Assembly (NCBI GenBank): GCA_027452085.1
Contig: DAIDHG010000002.1
Coordinates: 1 to 39,149, forward strand
Length of the DNA stretch: 39,149 bases
From: a bacterium
GTDB taxonomy: Bacteria > Babelota > Babeliae > Babelales > JABCYS01
Direction of reading: 5' to 3'
Numbering within the stretch: the first letter of the stretch is position 1; each line of letters begins with the position of its first letter. Positions 15,958 through 25,260 of the stretch are shown piece after piece. Below the pieces are notes generated by a model. It saw nothing but the letters and a program-made list of their open reading frames with translations, searched no databases and had not been told where the DNA came from. Both the position numbers and the translations under genes were made by a program.

Positions 15958-16707
15958 ATGACCCCCACAAAACTCATGTATATGGAAGATTTCAATCTTC
16001 TAAAATCTCCGGCAACTGTTGTTGATGTCGTTCAAGAAAATGGCCGAACCATTGTTATTCTTGATCAAACTATTTTTTATCCGCAGGGTGGCGGCCAACC
16101 CTATGACAAAGGTGTGATTATCGGTCCATTGGGCCGATTTTTAGTGGCCGAAGTGCGTTTTGTTGATGGCATCGTAAAGCATATCGGCTCGTTTGAGATG
16201 GGAGAGTTTAAAACGGGCGATTCGGTGCAATGCGAAATCGATGTGCCTCGCCGGTATTTGAATAGCCGGTTGCACGCTGGTGGGCATCTTGTTGATATGG
16301 CAATTCATGCCCTTGGTCTTAACTGGAAGCCTGGCAAAGCATACCATTTCCCCGATGGCCCCTATGTTGAATATTCAGGAAGCATGCAAGGCTGGGATAA
16401 GGAAGAATTAAAAAAGAAGATCCAAGAAGAAGCGCAGAAATTAATTGAGAAGGGTGCTGAAGTTAAACTGCTCTTTATGAGTAAGCAAGAGATGGCAAAT
16501 CTGTGCCATTCGGTGCCTGAAAATCTTCCTGAGGGTAAACCAGCTCGCGTTGTCATGTACGGTGATTTTGGAATTCCCTGCGGCGGCACTCATGTAAACA
16601 ATATTCGCGATATTGGCGGCATTATTGTGCGTAATATTAAGGTGAGCAAAGGCAGCCAAGATGGTGAGGAAATCATCAAAGTTGGCTACGATGTGCCGCG
16701 AGATTAG
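15958..16707 (+). CDS. alaX: Free-standing alanyl-tRNA editing protein (AlaX-M-like; ThrRS/AlaRS second additional domain)
   Basis: Contains FYPQGGGQPYDKG, the zinc motifs HAGGHLVDMAIH (HxxxH) and CGGTHVNNIRDIG (CxxxH). ATG 15958 is preferred over the track start 15889. Confidence 0.85.
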   Translation: MTPTKLMYMEDFNLLKSPATVVDVVQENGRTIVILDQTIFYPQGGGQPYDKGVIIGPLGRFLVAEVRFVDGIVKHIGSFEMGEFKTGDSVQCEIDVPRRYLNSRLHAGGHLVDMAIHALGLNWKPGKAYHFPDGPYVEYSGSMQGWDKEELKKKIQEEAQKLIEKGAEVKLLFMSKQEMANLCHSVPENLPEGKPARVVMYGDFGIPCGGTHVNNIRDIGGIIVRNIKVSKGSQDGEEIIKVGYDVPRD

Positions 16708-17258
16708 TGCAATGCAAATCGTTCAATAATCGTATGCTCAGCGCCCTGAGGATGTGTGATTGATGATTTTAATACGAATTCACTAATCCAGAATGGCAGC
16801 TGAGGTTCAATTTTGAAGTCGCGTAACAGCTGCGTAAATTTTTTCTTATCTAATACATTTTTTGCGCGCGCAATGGTGATATGGTTTGCCAATGCTTTGT
16901 TGCTTCGCGGCACTATGTCAGCCAGCGCATTTTCGATACATTGGGCAAGAGCAGATACACTAGTTTCCTCAACGGAGAGCCACATAACTGGCGTGTTGCT
17001 TCGCGGATGAAATGCGCCCAAATGTTTGAGCCGTGAGGTGAAAGCTTTGAAATCGATTTTTTTGAGTCGCTCAATAATCTGAGGAATTAATGCTTCATCG
17101 ACCGCGCCTATGAATTTTAATGTGATGTGCAGCTGTTCGGGTCGCGTGTACGAGCCCTCAATAATTTGCATGTTGGCAATCTGTTGTTGGATTTGTACAA
17201 GAGTTTTACAAACTTCAGATGGCAGATCAATGGCAATAAATAAGCGCATCATTGCCAT
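16704..17258 (-). CDS. thpR: RNA 2',3'-cyclic phosphodiesterase / 2'-5' RNA ligase (2H phosphoesterase)
   Basis: 184 aa with two HxT motifs at the expected spacing (LHITLKFIG and NHITIARA). It overlaps the alaX stop by 4 nt in convergent orientation. Confidence 0.85.
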   Translation of the reverse strand: MAMMRLFIAIDLPSEVCKTLVQIQQQIANMQIIEGSYTRPEQLHITLKFIGAVDEALIPQIIERLKKIDFKAFTSRLKHLGAFHPRSNTPVMWLSVEETSVSALAQCIENALADIVPRSNKALANHITIARAKNVLDKKKFTQLLRDFKIEPQLPFWISEFVLKSSITHPQGAEHTIIERFALH

Positions 17259-17260
17259 AC

Positions 17261-17620
17261 TTATAACTCAGTATATTTGGTTGCTCTGCTTTTTGCTTTT
17301 TCGATGGGATATTTCTCTGCGTTGTGTTTGAGTTTGTTTTCAATAACAGAAGTTAGATCAATATTGTTTTGATTGGCGAATGCGAGTGCATAGATTACCA
17401 CATCGGCCAGCTCATGCTCGATTTCAGTTCTTTTTTTCTCAAAAATCTGTTTTTCATCAGCTGGGCTTGCCCACTGAAAAATCTCCATAAGCTCAGCAGC
17501 TTCACAGGCGATACCCATGCTTAAATTCTTTGGCGTGTGGAATTGATTCCAATCACGTTCATCTACAAATTGTTTAAATCGTTCTTTGAGTTGGGCAACC
17601 GTGGTTGTTTGATCTAACAT
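17261..17620 (-). CDS. MazG-like nucleoside triphosphate pyrophosphohydrolase (small all-alpha type)
   Basis: 119 aa. FVDERDWNQFHTPKNLSMGIACEAAELMEIFQW and ELADVVIYALAFAN fit the EExxE/D metal-binding helices of the MazG/DCTPP1-like family. Confidence 0.8.
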   Translation of the reverse strand: MLDQTTTVAQLKERFKQFVDERDWNQFHTPKNLSMGIACEAAELMEIFQWASPADEKQIFEKKRTEIEHELADVVIYALAFANQNNIDLTSVIENKLKHNAEKYPIEKAKSRATKYTEL

Positions 17621-17634
17621 TCATATCCTATTTT

Positions 17635-18000
17635 TTAATATGATGGTGAAAAAGCGTTGGCAATATACTCGACCAAACTATTCCCTTCAACTATGGCAAC
17701 ATCAAACCGAATGGTATAACTACTCGCCCACGGTGTGTGCGCCTGCCAATATTTGGCCGCATTGATGATTCGTTGCTGCTTGCGCCAGGGAACCATATCG
17801 GCAATAAGCCCAGTTACTGCCCGGCGCGACTTTACCTCAATAATAGAAACTACTCCATTTTTTATAGCAACTATATCTAGCTCACCCATTCGGCATTGCA
17901 CGTTGGTATCAACTATTTTAAAGCCAGCATTCGTGAGCCAGTCAGCTATCAGTTTTTCGCCTAGGGCTCCTTTTTGGCGGGTGTTGAGTTGAGTTTTCAT
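17635..18000 (-). CDS. yraN: YraN family (UPF0102) endonuclease-like protein
   Basis: GALGEKLIADWLTNAGFKIVDTNVQCRMGELDIVAIKNGVVSIIEVKSRR is the PD-(D/E)xK-like YraN core. I prefer the start at ATG 18000 (MKTQLN); the track start at 18066 adds 22 aa. Confidence 0.85.
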   Translation of the reverse strand: MKTQLNTRQKGALGEKLIADWLTNAGFKIVDTNVQCRMGELDIVAIKNGVVSIIEVKSRRAVTGLIADMVPWRKQQRIINAAKYWQAHTPWASSYTIRFDVAIVEGNSLVEYIANAFSPSY

Positions 18001-18309
18001 AAAAGCCTTTATTTTGTGAGATGGAAATGATTTCTTGTGGTAGACGCTCCCAAGAAAATAGTACACTCTTGGCGTCGGAGAAGGAGCTTCTACTAGCCTG
18101 CGAGTGTATATTTTCTTAGTCGCTTGGCGATTTTAGAAATTCCAACCATCAATGCTCTGGCTAGTCATCGTTGATTTAAAATTATGCCTGTTTTCAGAAG
18201 AATACAAGGGAAGCGCAGGTGCGGTTCTGTCTGCCGGCATTTTTCATCATTGGCAGTTTGTACTATACTTACCAACCCCTAAGAAATATATAAATAAGGT
18301 ATTAAAAAG

Positions 18310-20955
18310 ATGAAAAAGCGAGCAAAAAGACCACCAATGTTCCAAGGTGCACCACGCAATCTCCTCTTAGTAGTCGGCCTATTAATGATTGGGTTGCTCA
18401 CCCTGGTCAAACTCAATGAATCAATCACCCAAATTAAGCAGCTGAGCTATACCAGCTTCCTCAAAAAGGTAGAGTCGCATGAGGTAAAATCTATCCGTGT
18501 GACCGGCCAGGGGATATGGGGCCAATTTACCTCGGGCGAGCAGTTTGAAACACTGCTGCCTGAAGGGTATCGCGATTGGGATTTCTTTAAAAATAATAAT
18601 GTAGATGTGCTTATTGATTCTCAGGCGGCTCAATGGAGCCTGGGGCTTGTCCTTGGCGGCCTGCTCTCACTCTTTGCCTTAGTCGGACTGGGAGTCTTTC
18701 TATATCGCCAGTCGCGCAACGGCGGCGGTGGTGGCGGCGGCACCATTTTCTCAATGGGCAAAAGCCGTGCTCGTGTATTTATGCCATCACAAATAAAAAC
18801 CAAATTCTCTGATATTGCCGGTGCATCTGAGGCTAAAGAACAGCTAAAAGATGTGGTTGATTACCTGAAATATCCTGAAAAATATCGCCGACTCGGCGCC
18901 AAGGTTACCCGCGGCGTGTTATTGGTAGGTGAGCCAGGCAATGGTAAGACCCTCATGGCCCGCGCCGTTGCTGGTGAGGCCGGTGTGCCATTTTTTAGTA
19001 TTACTGGATCAGACTTTATAGAAGTTTTCGTGGGCGTTGGTGCTTCACGAGTTCGTGATCTCTTTGCCCAAGCGCGCAAATATGCACCGGCAATCATCTT
19101 TATCGATGAAATTGATGCTATCGGCCGCATGCGCGGCAGTGGTCTTGGCGGTGGTCATGATGAGCGTGAGCAAACCCTCAATCAGTTGCTCACTGAGATG
19201 GATGGTTTTGAAACCGGCGATGCGCCACCATTAATTGTTCTTGCTGCAACCAATATGCCAGATGTACTCGATAAGGCCCTGCTTCGCCCGGGTCGATTTG
19301 ATCGTCGGGTGACGGTGCCGTTCCCTGATCTGAAAGATCGCGAACAAATTTTATGGATCCATGCCTCGTCTATTATGCTTGATCCATCAGTTGATCTTGG
19401 CAAAATGGCTGCGGTCACTGCCGGCTTTAGCGGGTCTGATCTGGCCAATTTGGTGAATATTGCTGCTATTAACGCTTCAAAAGCCAACCGATCAGCCGTG
19501 AGCCAAGAGGATTTTGAAGCCGCACATAAAAATATTTTGCAATCACATGCTACTGATGGCACAAAGACATCCGCCGAAAAGAGCGTATATACCCCCAAGA
19601 TGCTGATGCCGGCCCAGATGAAATTGAACTTTAATTCGGTGGCAGGGGCTACTGAAGCCAAAGAAGAGTTAAAAGATGTGGTCGATTTCCTGCGCAATCC
19701 TGAAAAGTACCAGCGTCTTGGTGCCCAAATGCCAAAAGGGGTATTGCTGACCGGCGAACCCGGTAACGGTAAAACCTTGTTGGCCAAGGCGGTGGCTGGA
19801 GAAGCAAATGTGCCGTTCTTTCATGCCAGCGGCTCTGAATTTGTTGAAAAATATGTCGGCGTTGGCGCTGCCCGTGTACGTGAGCTCTTTACCAATGCGC
19901 GCCGCCATGCACCCGCCATCATCTTTATGGATGAAATCGATGCCATTGGCAGTAAGCGAGTGTATGAAGGTGGCGGCTCACAAGAGCATTCCCAAACGTT
20001 AAACCAACTGCTTACTGAGCTTGATGGGTTTGATACTATGACTGGTGGCCCCGTCATTATTATGGGCGCGACCAATAGGCCAGACGTGCTTGATAAAGCT
20101 TTGCTGCGCCCGGGTAGATTTGATAAGCAGGTAGAGGTGCCATACCCAGACTTGGTAAGTCGTAAAAAGATCTTAGAGCTGCATGCCAAAGATAAGAAGA
20201 TTGATCCTTCTATTAGTTTTGATGCGCTGGCCCGCGGCACCCCTGGATTCTCGGGAGCAGAGCTTGCAAATCTTATCAATGAGGCCGTTATTCATGCTTC
20301 CAAGCTGAATAAGGAAATGGCTACATTGTCTGATTTTGAAGAAGCTCGCGATAAGATCCTATTGGGCAAAGAAAGTAAATCAAAACTTCTGACCAAGGAA
20401 GATCTTGAGGTCACGGCATACCATGAAGCTGGCCATGCCTTGGTCCGCTTGCTCTTGCCGCAGCATTCTGACCCTCTGTATAAGATAACCATTATTCCTC
20501 GGGGCCGTGCATTGGGGGTGACCCACTCATTGCCTGAGAAGGAAAGCTATACCCGTGATAAAGAGCATATGCTTGCAAGCATTGCCTCTGCCTTAGGCGG
20601 CCGGGCAGCCGAAGAGATTGTCTTTAACCGTTTAGAAACAGGGGCAGCGAGCGATTTTCAAGCCGCAACCTCTGTGGCTCGGAACATGGTGGTAAATTAC
20701 GGCATGTCGGAAAAGCTTGGCCTGGTTTCCTATGCTGATTTCCGCTATTTATCGCAGCACACGATCCAGCTTATTGACGATGAAATTCGTTCAATAACCA
20801 ATCAGTGCTATGATCGTGCAAAGCATTTGTTGAGCTCGAACCGCGACAAACTGGATCTTTTGGCCAAGAAACTCTTGGAAAAAGAGACTTTGTATGCCGG
20901 TGAGATCTATGAATTGCTTGGCATTACCCCGCGTGAGCAGTTTAAGTTGTCGTAG
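18310..20955 (+). CDS. ftsH: ATP-dependent zinc metalloprotease FtsH with a tandemly duplicated AAA+ module
   Basis: 881 aa. The order is: two TM segments flanking a periplasmic domain; a poly-Gly linker; AAA module 1 (Walker A GEPGNGKT at 18928..18951, Walker [33 protein letters not shown]); AAA module 2 (GEPGNGKT at 19753..19776, [29 protein letters not shown]); then an M41 peptidase with HEAGH (20422..20436). Confidence 0.9.
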   Translation: MKKRAKRPPMFQGAPRNLLLVVGLLMIGLLTLVKLNESITQIKQLSYTSFLKKVESHEVKSIRVTGQGIWGQFTSGEQFETLLPEGYRDWDFFKNNNVDVLIDSQAAQWSLGLVLGGLLSLFALVGLGVFLYRQSRNGGGGGGGTIFSMGKSRARVFMPSQIKTKFSDIAGASEAKEQLKDVVDYLKYPEKYRRLGAKVTRGVLLVGEPGNGKTLMARAVAGEAGVPFFSITGSDFIEVFVGVGASRVRDLFAQARKYAPAIIFIDEIDAIGRMRGSGLGGGHDEREQTLNQLLTEMDGFETGDAPPLIVLAATNMPDVLDKALLRPGRFDRRVTVPFPDLKDREQILWIHASSIMLDPSVDLGKMAAVTAGFSGSDLANLVNIAAINASKANRSAVSQEDFEAAHKNILQSHATDGTKTSAEKSVYTPKMLMPAQMKLNFNSVAGATEAKEELKDVVDFLRNPEKYQRLGAQMPKGVLLTGEPGNGKTLLAKAVAGEANVPFFHASGSEFVEKYVGVGAARVRELFTNARRHAPAIIFMDEIDAIGSKRVYEGGGSQEHSQTLNQLLTELDGFDTMTGGPVIIMGATNRPDVLDKALLRPGRFDKQVEVPYPDLVSRKKILELHAKDKKIDPSISFDALARGTPGFSGAELANLINEAVIHASKLNKEMATLSDFEEARDKILLGKESKSKLLTKEDLEVTAYHEAGHALVRLLLPQHSDPLYKITIIPRGRALGVTHSLPEKESYTRDKEHMLASIASALGGRAAEEIVFNRLETGAASDFQAATSVARNMVVNYGMSEKLGLVSYADFRYLSQHTIQLIDDEIRSITNQCYDRAKHLLSSNRDKLDLLAKKLLEKETLYAGEIYELLGITPREQFKLS
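18778..19539 (+). repeat. FtsH AAA+ module, copy 1 of an intragenic tandem duplication
   Basis: Residues about 157-410 align colinearly with residues about 432-684, at a constant 275-aa offset. By eye roughly two thirds of positions are identical. Confidence 0.85.
19603..20361 (+). repeat. FtsH AAA+ module, copy 2 of an intragenic tandem duplication
   Basis: See copy 1. The pore-loop motif is FVGVGA in copy 1 and YVGVGA in copy 2. Confidence 0.85.
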
Positions 20956-21075
20956 AAATGAGGTTCTGCCTCGAAATAGCGAGCAAATGAATCTTATCCT
21001 GAGTGATTTTCGCGCATCCCATCCAGGGTCTGCCTAAGGAAGTTGGGGGTAAGGCGCGAAAATTGTATCAAAGGA

Positions 21076-21103
21076 TTGAAAAAAACTGATTTTTAAGTAA
21101 GAT
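21076..21103 (+). promoter_or_regulatory. Weak sigma70-like promoter candidate for rpmB-rpsT
   Basis: TTGAAA, a 16-nt spacer, then TAAGAT, about 35 nt upstream of the rpmB ATG. Sequence match only. Confidence 0.3.
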
Positions 21104-21138
21104 CTAAGCCCTTATTTTAGTAAATAACAAGGAATCTC

Positions 21139-21360
21139 ATGGCACGCATTTGTAACATCTGTGATAAAGGACCAACGGTTGGCAATTTTGTCAGCCACGC
21201 AAATAACCGCGTAAAGCGTTGGATCTATCCGAATACGCATACTATGCGCTACACCTTGCCAGGTAGGGAAAACAAAGTGCACCGTGGGGCAGTTTGCACC
21301 AAGTGCGTAAAGGCTGGCAAAGTCCAAAAAGTTCTTTCAGGTAAGACTCAAGCAGGATAA
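21139..21360 (+). CDS. rpmB: 50S ribosomal protein L28
   Basis: MARICNICDKGPTVGNFVSHANNRVKRWIYPNTH matches the L28 N-terminal signature (C..tGK.p..GN.vSHA.n.tKR.f.PNl). RBS aaggaa. Confidence 0.9.
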   Translation: MARICNICDKGPTVGNFVSHANNRVKRWIYPNTHTMRYTLPGRENKVHRGAVCTKCVKAGKVQKVLSGKTQAG

Positions 21361-21366
21361 CCGCAC

Positions 21367-21633
21367 ATGGCAAATTTAGCTTCATCAAAAAAACAAGCTC
21401 GTAAAAATATTAAGCGCCGTGGTATTAACACTGCGCGCAACTCAGCAGTAAAAACTGCATTGCGCAAAGTGAACGATGCACTGGAAAAGAAAGACGTAAA
21501 AGCAGCACAAGCATTGATGCGTGACGCTGAATCACAACTTGCTCGCGCAAAAGGTAAAGGCCTTGTGCATGCATCAAACGCAGCTCGCCGTATCGGCCGG
21601 TTGGCCCACCGCATAGCGCAAGCTGGCAAGTAA
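21367..21633 (+). CDS. rpsT: 30S ribosomal protein S20
   Basis: MANLASSKKQARKNIKRRGINTARNSAVKTALRKV plus the C-terminal NAARRI..L. Typical S20, 88 aa. Confidence 0.9.
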   Translation: MANLASSKKQARKNIKRRGINTARNSAVKTALRKVNDALEKKDVKAAQALMRDAESQLARAKGKGLVHASNAARRIGRLAHRIAQAGK

Positions 21634-21657
21634 ATCGACATCCGATTTTAAAAAATT

Positions 21658-21702
21658 AAAACCGTCCGATTCTCTAAAAAGTGAGAAAAGGACGGTTTTT
21701 TA
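21658..21702 (+). terminator. Rho-independent terminator after rpsT
   Basis: aaaccgtcc / 22-nt loop / ggacggttt followed by TTTT. It lies 25 nt after the rpsT stop. Confidence 0.6.
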
Positions 21703-21711
21703 TGGGCAAAA

Positions 21712-22758
21712 ATGAAAACGTATATTAAAAGGGTCGTTCCTCTGGCGATCTATCTCTCCTTGCCATTAATAGGTTCATCTTTTGAATCTGATACTAGTCT
21801 TAGAGATATATTCTCTCAGATAAAACCCGACATGTTTGAAATTGACCCACGCTATGGGCGACCTGACCCTGATCAGTTTTTATTTGGTCCAGAAGATAGT
21901 GTTTTCAAGCAATCATGTGTGCAAAAGGCTGAGAATTTGCGTTTGTTGAAAATCGATCAAGAAGCCATAGCAGTAGGGCAAGATGATATTGGTACCACGG
22001 GCTTAGTGATTGATAGATCTGGCAGCTATTATTTAAAGGAAGATATTAATTTTAATCCTGATCCATCAGGTAATGCTACCGCTGCCATCACCATTAACGC
22101 ATCGAAGGTGACCCTATTTCTTGATGGCCATGCTCTTATTCAGCAAGGTTTTACCGATGCCTCAGATATTCCAATCTATCGGGGAGCAAGAAAGCCATCC
22201 TCGCAAAAGCCATTTGTCACCGGCATTTTGATCTCGAATGTGATGCAAAATTCAAAAGATCCCCAAGCTGACGGGCTCCATGATATTGCCATAGTGGGTT
22301 CCGGTGCCATCATTAATGGCTTTAGCCAATATGGCATTCGCATCTCGGAAAATAGTTCTCGCATTTCCGTCATTGATATTGCAATAAAAAATTGCGGTAC
22401 GGTAGCTTCCTACTATCTACATCCTGAAAGTTACTATACACGTGAGGAGCCGTATGGGCCTGCCTTTGGTGTCGGCGGGATGTACGTTGGGGATTGCAGG
22501 GATTTAGCAGTTGGTTCAACTCATAACCGGGTAGATAATCTATTGATTGCCAATGTGGATTGCCTAAATAATTTCTTGTATGGTCTTTGCATGGTAAATG
22601 TGACTAATTGGTATCTTGGAAATAGCACATTTGATGGAACGTTTAGTGATGATCCACGGCTGTGCGATCCACGTGCAGCTTTTTGGGACGGTGATTGTTT
22701 TACCGGGCGTTACGAGATTGATGGGATTGTTTGTAGCGGTACTGTTTGTAAATGGTGA
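21712..22758 (+). CDS. Secreted hypothetical protein, probable right-handed parallel beta-helix (pectin-lyase-like fold)
   Basis: Signal peptide MKTYIKRVVPLAIYLSLPLIGSS. It has repetitive coils of about 22-25 aa rich in I/V-x-I/N/G (AAITINASKVTLFLDGHALI, TGILISNV, HDIAIVGSGAIINGFSQYGIRISENSSRISVIDIAIKNCG, NLLIANVDCLNN). The C-terminus is Cys-rich. The fold call is an inference. Confidence 0.5.
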   Translation: MKTYIKRVVPLAIYLSLPLIGSSFESDTSLRDIFSQIKPDMFEIDPRYGRPDPDQFLFGPEDSVFKQSCVQKAENLRLLKIDQEAIAVGQDDIGTTGLVIDRSGSYYLKEDINFNPDPSGNATAAITINASKVTLFLDGHALIQQGFTDASDIPIYRGARKPSSQKPFVTGILISNVMQNSKDPQADGLHDIAIVGSGAIINGFSQYGIRISENSSRISVIDIAIKNCGTVASYYLHPESYYTREEPYGPAFGVGGMYVGDCRDLAVGSTHNRVDNLLIANVDCLNNFLYGLCMVNVTNWYLGNSTFDGTFSDDPRLCDPRAAFWDGDCFTGRYEIDGIVCSGTVCKW

Positions 22759-23039
22759 TAAAGGTATGACATAAAGAGCGACTCCTGTGAAAAGAATCGG
22801 AAAATGGCTCACATAACGTAAGAGGCCATGTTTTCTCAACATGAGCTCACGGTTAGACTTCTTCTACCCTCAACGTTTAAGATGGCAAACAGAGGCCTTG
22901 TAGTGCTAGACCCAAAAATCCATCTTGATTGATCATTTCAGACATGCATATAAAACAACTCTTGTAATTAGTCCGTAGCTTCCTATATGATTATTCATGA
23001 ATGTATCACTTCATATAAATGTTATTAAAGGAGTTATCG

Positions 23040-23441
23040 ATGAAGCTTACAAAAATGATGACATTGCCAGCAGCTATTATGATTGGTCAGGTAGCTTTTG
23101 CATACCCAACCAATGACAGTCAACACCATCACCGAGCTATGGTAAAAACAGCCAGGCCAATGCAACATCAACCACAAAATAACGTAGTAAAAGCTCAGTT
23201 GCACAATCAACCAGTAAAAAGCCAAGCGCAAGCTATTCCAGCTTCTAGCCGGGGCGGTAAGAAGGTGGAAGTTATAACCGGTTCTATGATGAAATCAGTT
23301 GAACGGTCAAAGCAACCGAATTTGATCTTTAAAAATGCCACGGGTAAGCAGATAAGCGAAGCTGAATATAACAGACTGCGCACAGTGCCAGGCTCTGGCG
23401 TTCATTATGAGGTTCCTGCATCGGTTAGACAACAGGGATAA
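23040..23441 (+). CDS. Small secreted hypothetical protein, His/Gln-rich N-terminal region
   Basis: ATG 23040 has a strong RBS (aaaggag). Signal peptide MKLTKMMTLPAAIMIGQVAFA, followed by SQHHHRAM..MQHQPQNN..QLHNQP. I recognise no family. Confidence 0.5.
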   Translation: MKLTKMMTLPAAIMIGQVAFAYPTNDSQHHHRAMVKTARPMQHQPQNNVVKAQLHNQPVKSQAQAIPASSRGGKKVEVITGSMMKSVERSKQPNLIFKNATGKQISEAEYNRLRTVPGSGVHYEVPASVRQQG

Positions 23442-23449
23442 TAATACTT

Positions 23450-25168
23450 TTACTGGCACAATTCCTTGTATCCAAGTAAGAAGTTTTTGGCCACTTGAGC
23501 AGCCGCAATGGAAGTTTCAACGTGCTCCATAAGGATTACCATAACAAATGGGTCGCTGTTTGCTTGCTTGCAATAAGCAACAAACCAACCATGCTCTTTG
23601 TATCGGTCATTCTTGGTATCTTTTTCACGTAAAGCTAAACTGCTTACTTGGGCAGTTCCGGTTTTTGCATAGATCTCTATGCCATCAATGCTGCCAGTGC
23701 GTACCCCAGTACCTATTTTTACCACCGCACGCATTGAATCGCGAATGAATTCAAGCGTTGATGGTTTAATATTAACTGGTTTTGTTTGCACCGGATCATC
23801 TTGTAATAGTCTCGGCGTTACCAACTGGCCGGTGAAAATGCTGCTCACCATGCAGGCAATTTGAATCGGTGTAACCAGCGTATAGCTTTGACCAATGGCA
23901 AATGATAATGTTTCACCCGGCCACCAACGTTCTTTCTTAGCCTCTTTTTTCCAGGCGCTGGTCGGCACCAAGCCCGGTAAATTTGGAAAGAGCATATCTA
24001 CGCGTTGCCCAAGGCCAAACCGCTGCGCATAATCGGCAAGCGTATCTACATGAATATGTTTGCCGATGTGGTAAAACAAAATATTGCATGATTTTGCTAC
24101 TGCTTGTTTGATTGAGAGCTTGCCATGCCCTTGATGTTGCATACACCAGTGTCGATAGTTACCAAATTGATAATAGCCGCAGCAATTAACCACCGAATCC
24201 GGCGTAATAATTCCTTGCTCTAAGGCCGCTGCCACCGTGACTAATTTGAAAATGGAAGCAGGGGGGTAGGCTGCATTAAAGGCGCGATTTAAAAATGCCT
24301 TTTGTTGTTGAAGCTCTTTCCAGGTCTCAGGATCTAAGGTGTCTAAAAAAATGTTGGGATCGAAGTTGGGACGTGATACGAGCGCTCGCAATGCGCCACT
24401 GTTTGGATCCATAATAAGCAGGCAACCACTATTTGTTTTTGGAAAAGCTTCTTCGGCCAATTCTTGCAATGGTAGATCGAGCGTTGTTTTAATGTCGGCC
24501 CCGGCATTTGCCTGCTTGAGCTCTCGTTCAGCAATACTTTTGCCAATCGAGTTGATAATTTTTTGCACTTCCCCTTCTTCGCCACGCAGTTCATCTTCAA
24601 GTAGTTTTTCAAAGCCGCTTTTGCCATGTAGCCCCGTATCTACTTCCAAGCCTTGTCCAAGATAACCAAGCAAGTGGCTGGCAATTTCTGTGTGGGGGTA
24701 GTATCGCTGCACACCTGAGAGAAGGTGCGCTTGTGAGTTTACTGGCAGTTGTTCAACAATGCGGCTGACGATTTCCAATGAAAGATCATCGGCAAGTTCC
24801 ACGCGTCGGCCAAGGCGTTCAGCCCGTTGCAACGAATAGGTAGCTAATAGCTCAGTACCTAAAATATTTTCTAATGTTTTGATGGCATTGAGCTGAGATT
24901 CAAGCATTTTTGGCGTGCCTACCCCATGCCAGACCAATTTGATCACTGGCCGGTTGGTTGCCAATAGATTGCCATTGGCATCAAGGATATTGCCACGCGT
25001 CGCCTGCACTTTTTCTGTTCTTAAAAAATTTTTTTGACTCTGCTCAAGCATCTGTTTTGCATGACGCACTTGCAGATCAAAGAGGCGTGCAGCAATGAGG
25101 GTGAGCAGGCAGGTAAATCCAATGGTAAGGTGCGTTATTTTATGCGCTGATTTTACGTGTGGCAGCAT
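23450..25168 (-). CDS. mrdA: Class B penicillin-binding protein, PBP2 (MrdA)-like peptidoglycan D,D-transpeptidase
   Basis: N-terminal TM anchor. The transpeptidase triad is SIFKL (SxxK), SCN (SxN) and KTGTAQV (KTG). RGNILDANGNLLATN is the dimerisation-domain motif. KTGTAQ favours PBP2 over FtsI, but no rodA or ftsW context is available to confirm this. Confidence 0.75.
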   Translation of the reverse strand: MLPHVKSAHKITHLTIGFTCLLTLIAARLFDLQVRHAKQMLEQSQKNFLRTEKVQATRGNILDANGNLLATNRPVIKLVWHGVGTPKMLESQLNAIKTLENILGTELLATYSLQRAERLGRRVELADDLSLEIVSRIVEQLPVNSQAHLLSGVQRYYPHTEIASHLLGYLGQGLEVDTGLHGKSGFEKLLEDELRGEEGEVQKIINSIGKSIAERELKQANAGADIKTTLDLPLQELAEEAFPKTNSGCLLIMDPNSGALRALVSRPNFDPNIFLDTLDPETWKELQQQKAFLNRAFNAAYPPASIFKLVTVAAALEQGIITPDSVVNCCGYYQFGNYRHWCMQHQGHGKLSIKQAVAKSCNILFYHIGKHIHVDTLADYAQRFGLGQRVDMLFPNLPGLVPTSAWKKEAKKERWWPGETLSFAIGQSYTLVTPIQIACMVSSIFTGQLVTPRLLQDDPVQTKPVNIKPSTLEFIRDSMRAVVKIGTGVRTGSIDGIEIYAKTGTAQVSSLALREKDTKNDRYKEHGWFVAYCKQANSDPFVMVILMEHVETSIAAAQVAKNFLLGYKELCQ

Positions 25169-25260
25169 GGCGATTACTTCTTAACCATAGTATGTAATGG
25201 GTGAACCCTTCGATACATTTTATTCACTTCGTTCATAAAACACAGCATGAGCGGGTTAGT

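Noticed and set aside
18180-18245. Possible SRP (4.5S) RNA or small Cys-containing ORF (MPVFRRIQGKRRCGSVCRHF...) in the 309-bp yraN-ftsH spacer
   Set aside because: The GGAAGCGCAGG segment only superficially resembles the SRP domain IV motif, and I could not fold a convincing long hairpin with a GNRA loop. The 32-aa ORF has no RBS and no recognisable family.
18861-20279. Long antisense ORFs inside ftsH (18861..19130, 19182..19787, 19821..20279, minus strand; up to 201 aa)
   Set aside because: They lie entirely within, and opposite to, a gene with unmistakable FtsH motifs. Their translations are low-complexity (S/R/A/P-rich) with no start context. The duplication of the AAA module explains why similar shadow ORFs appear twice.
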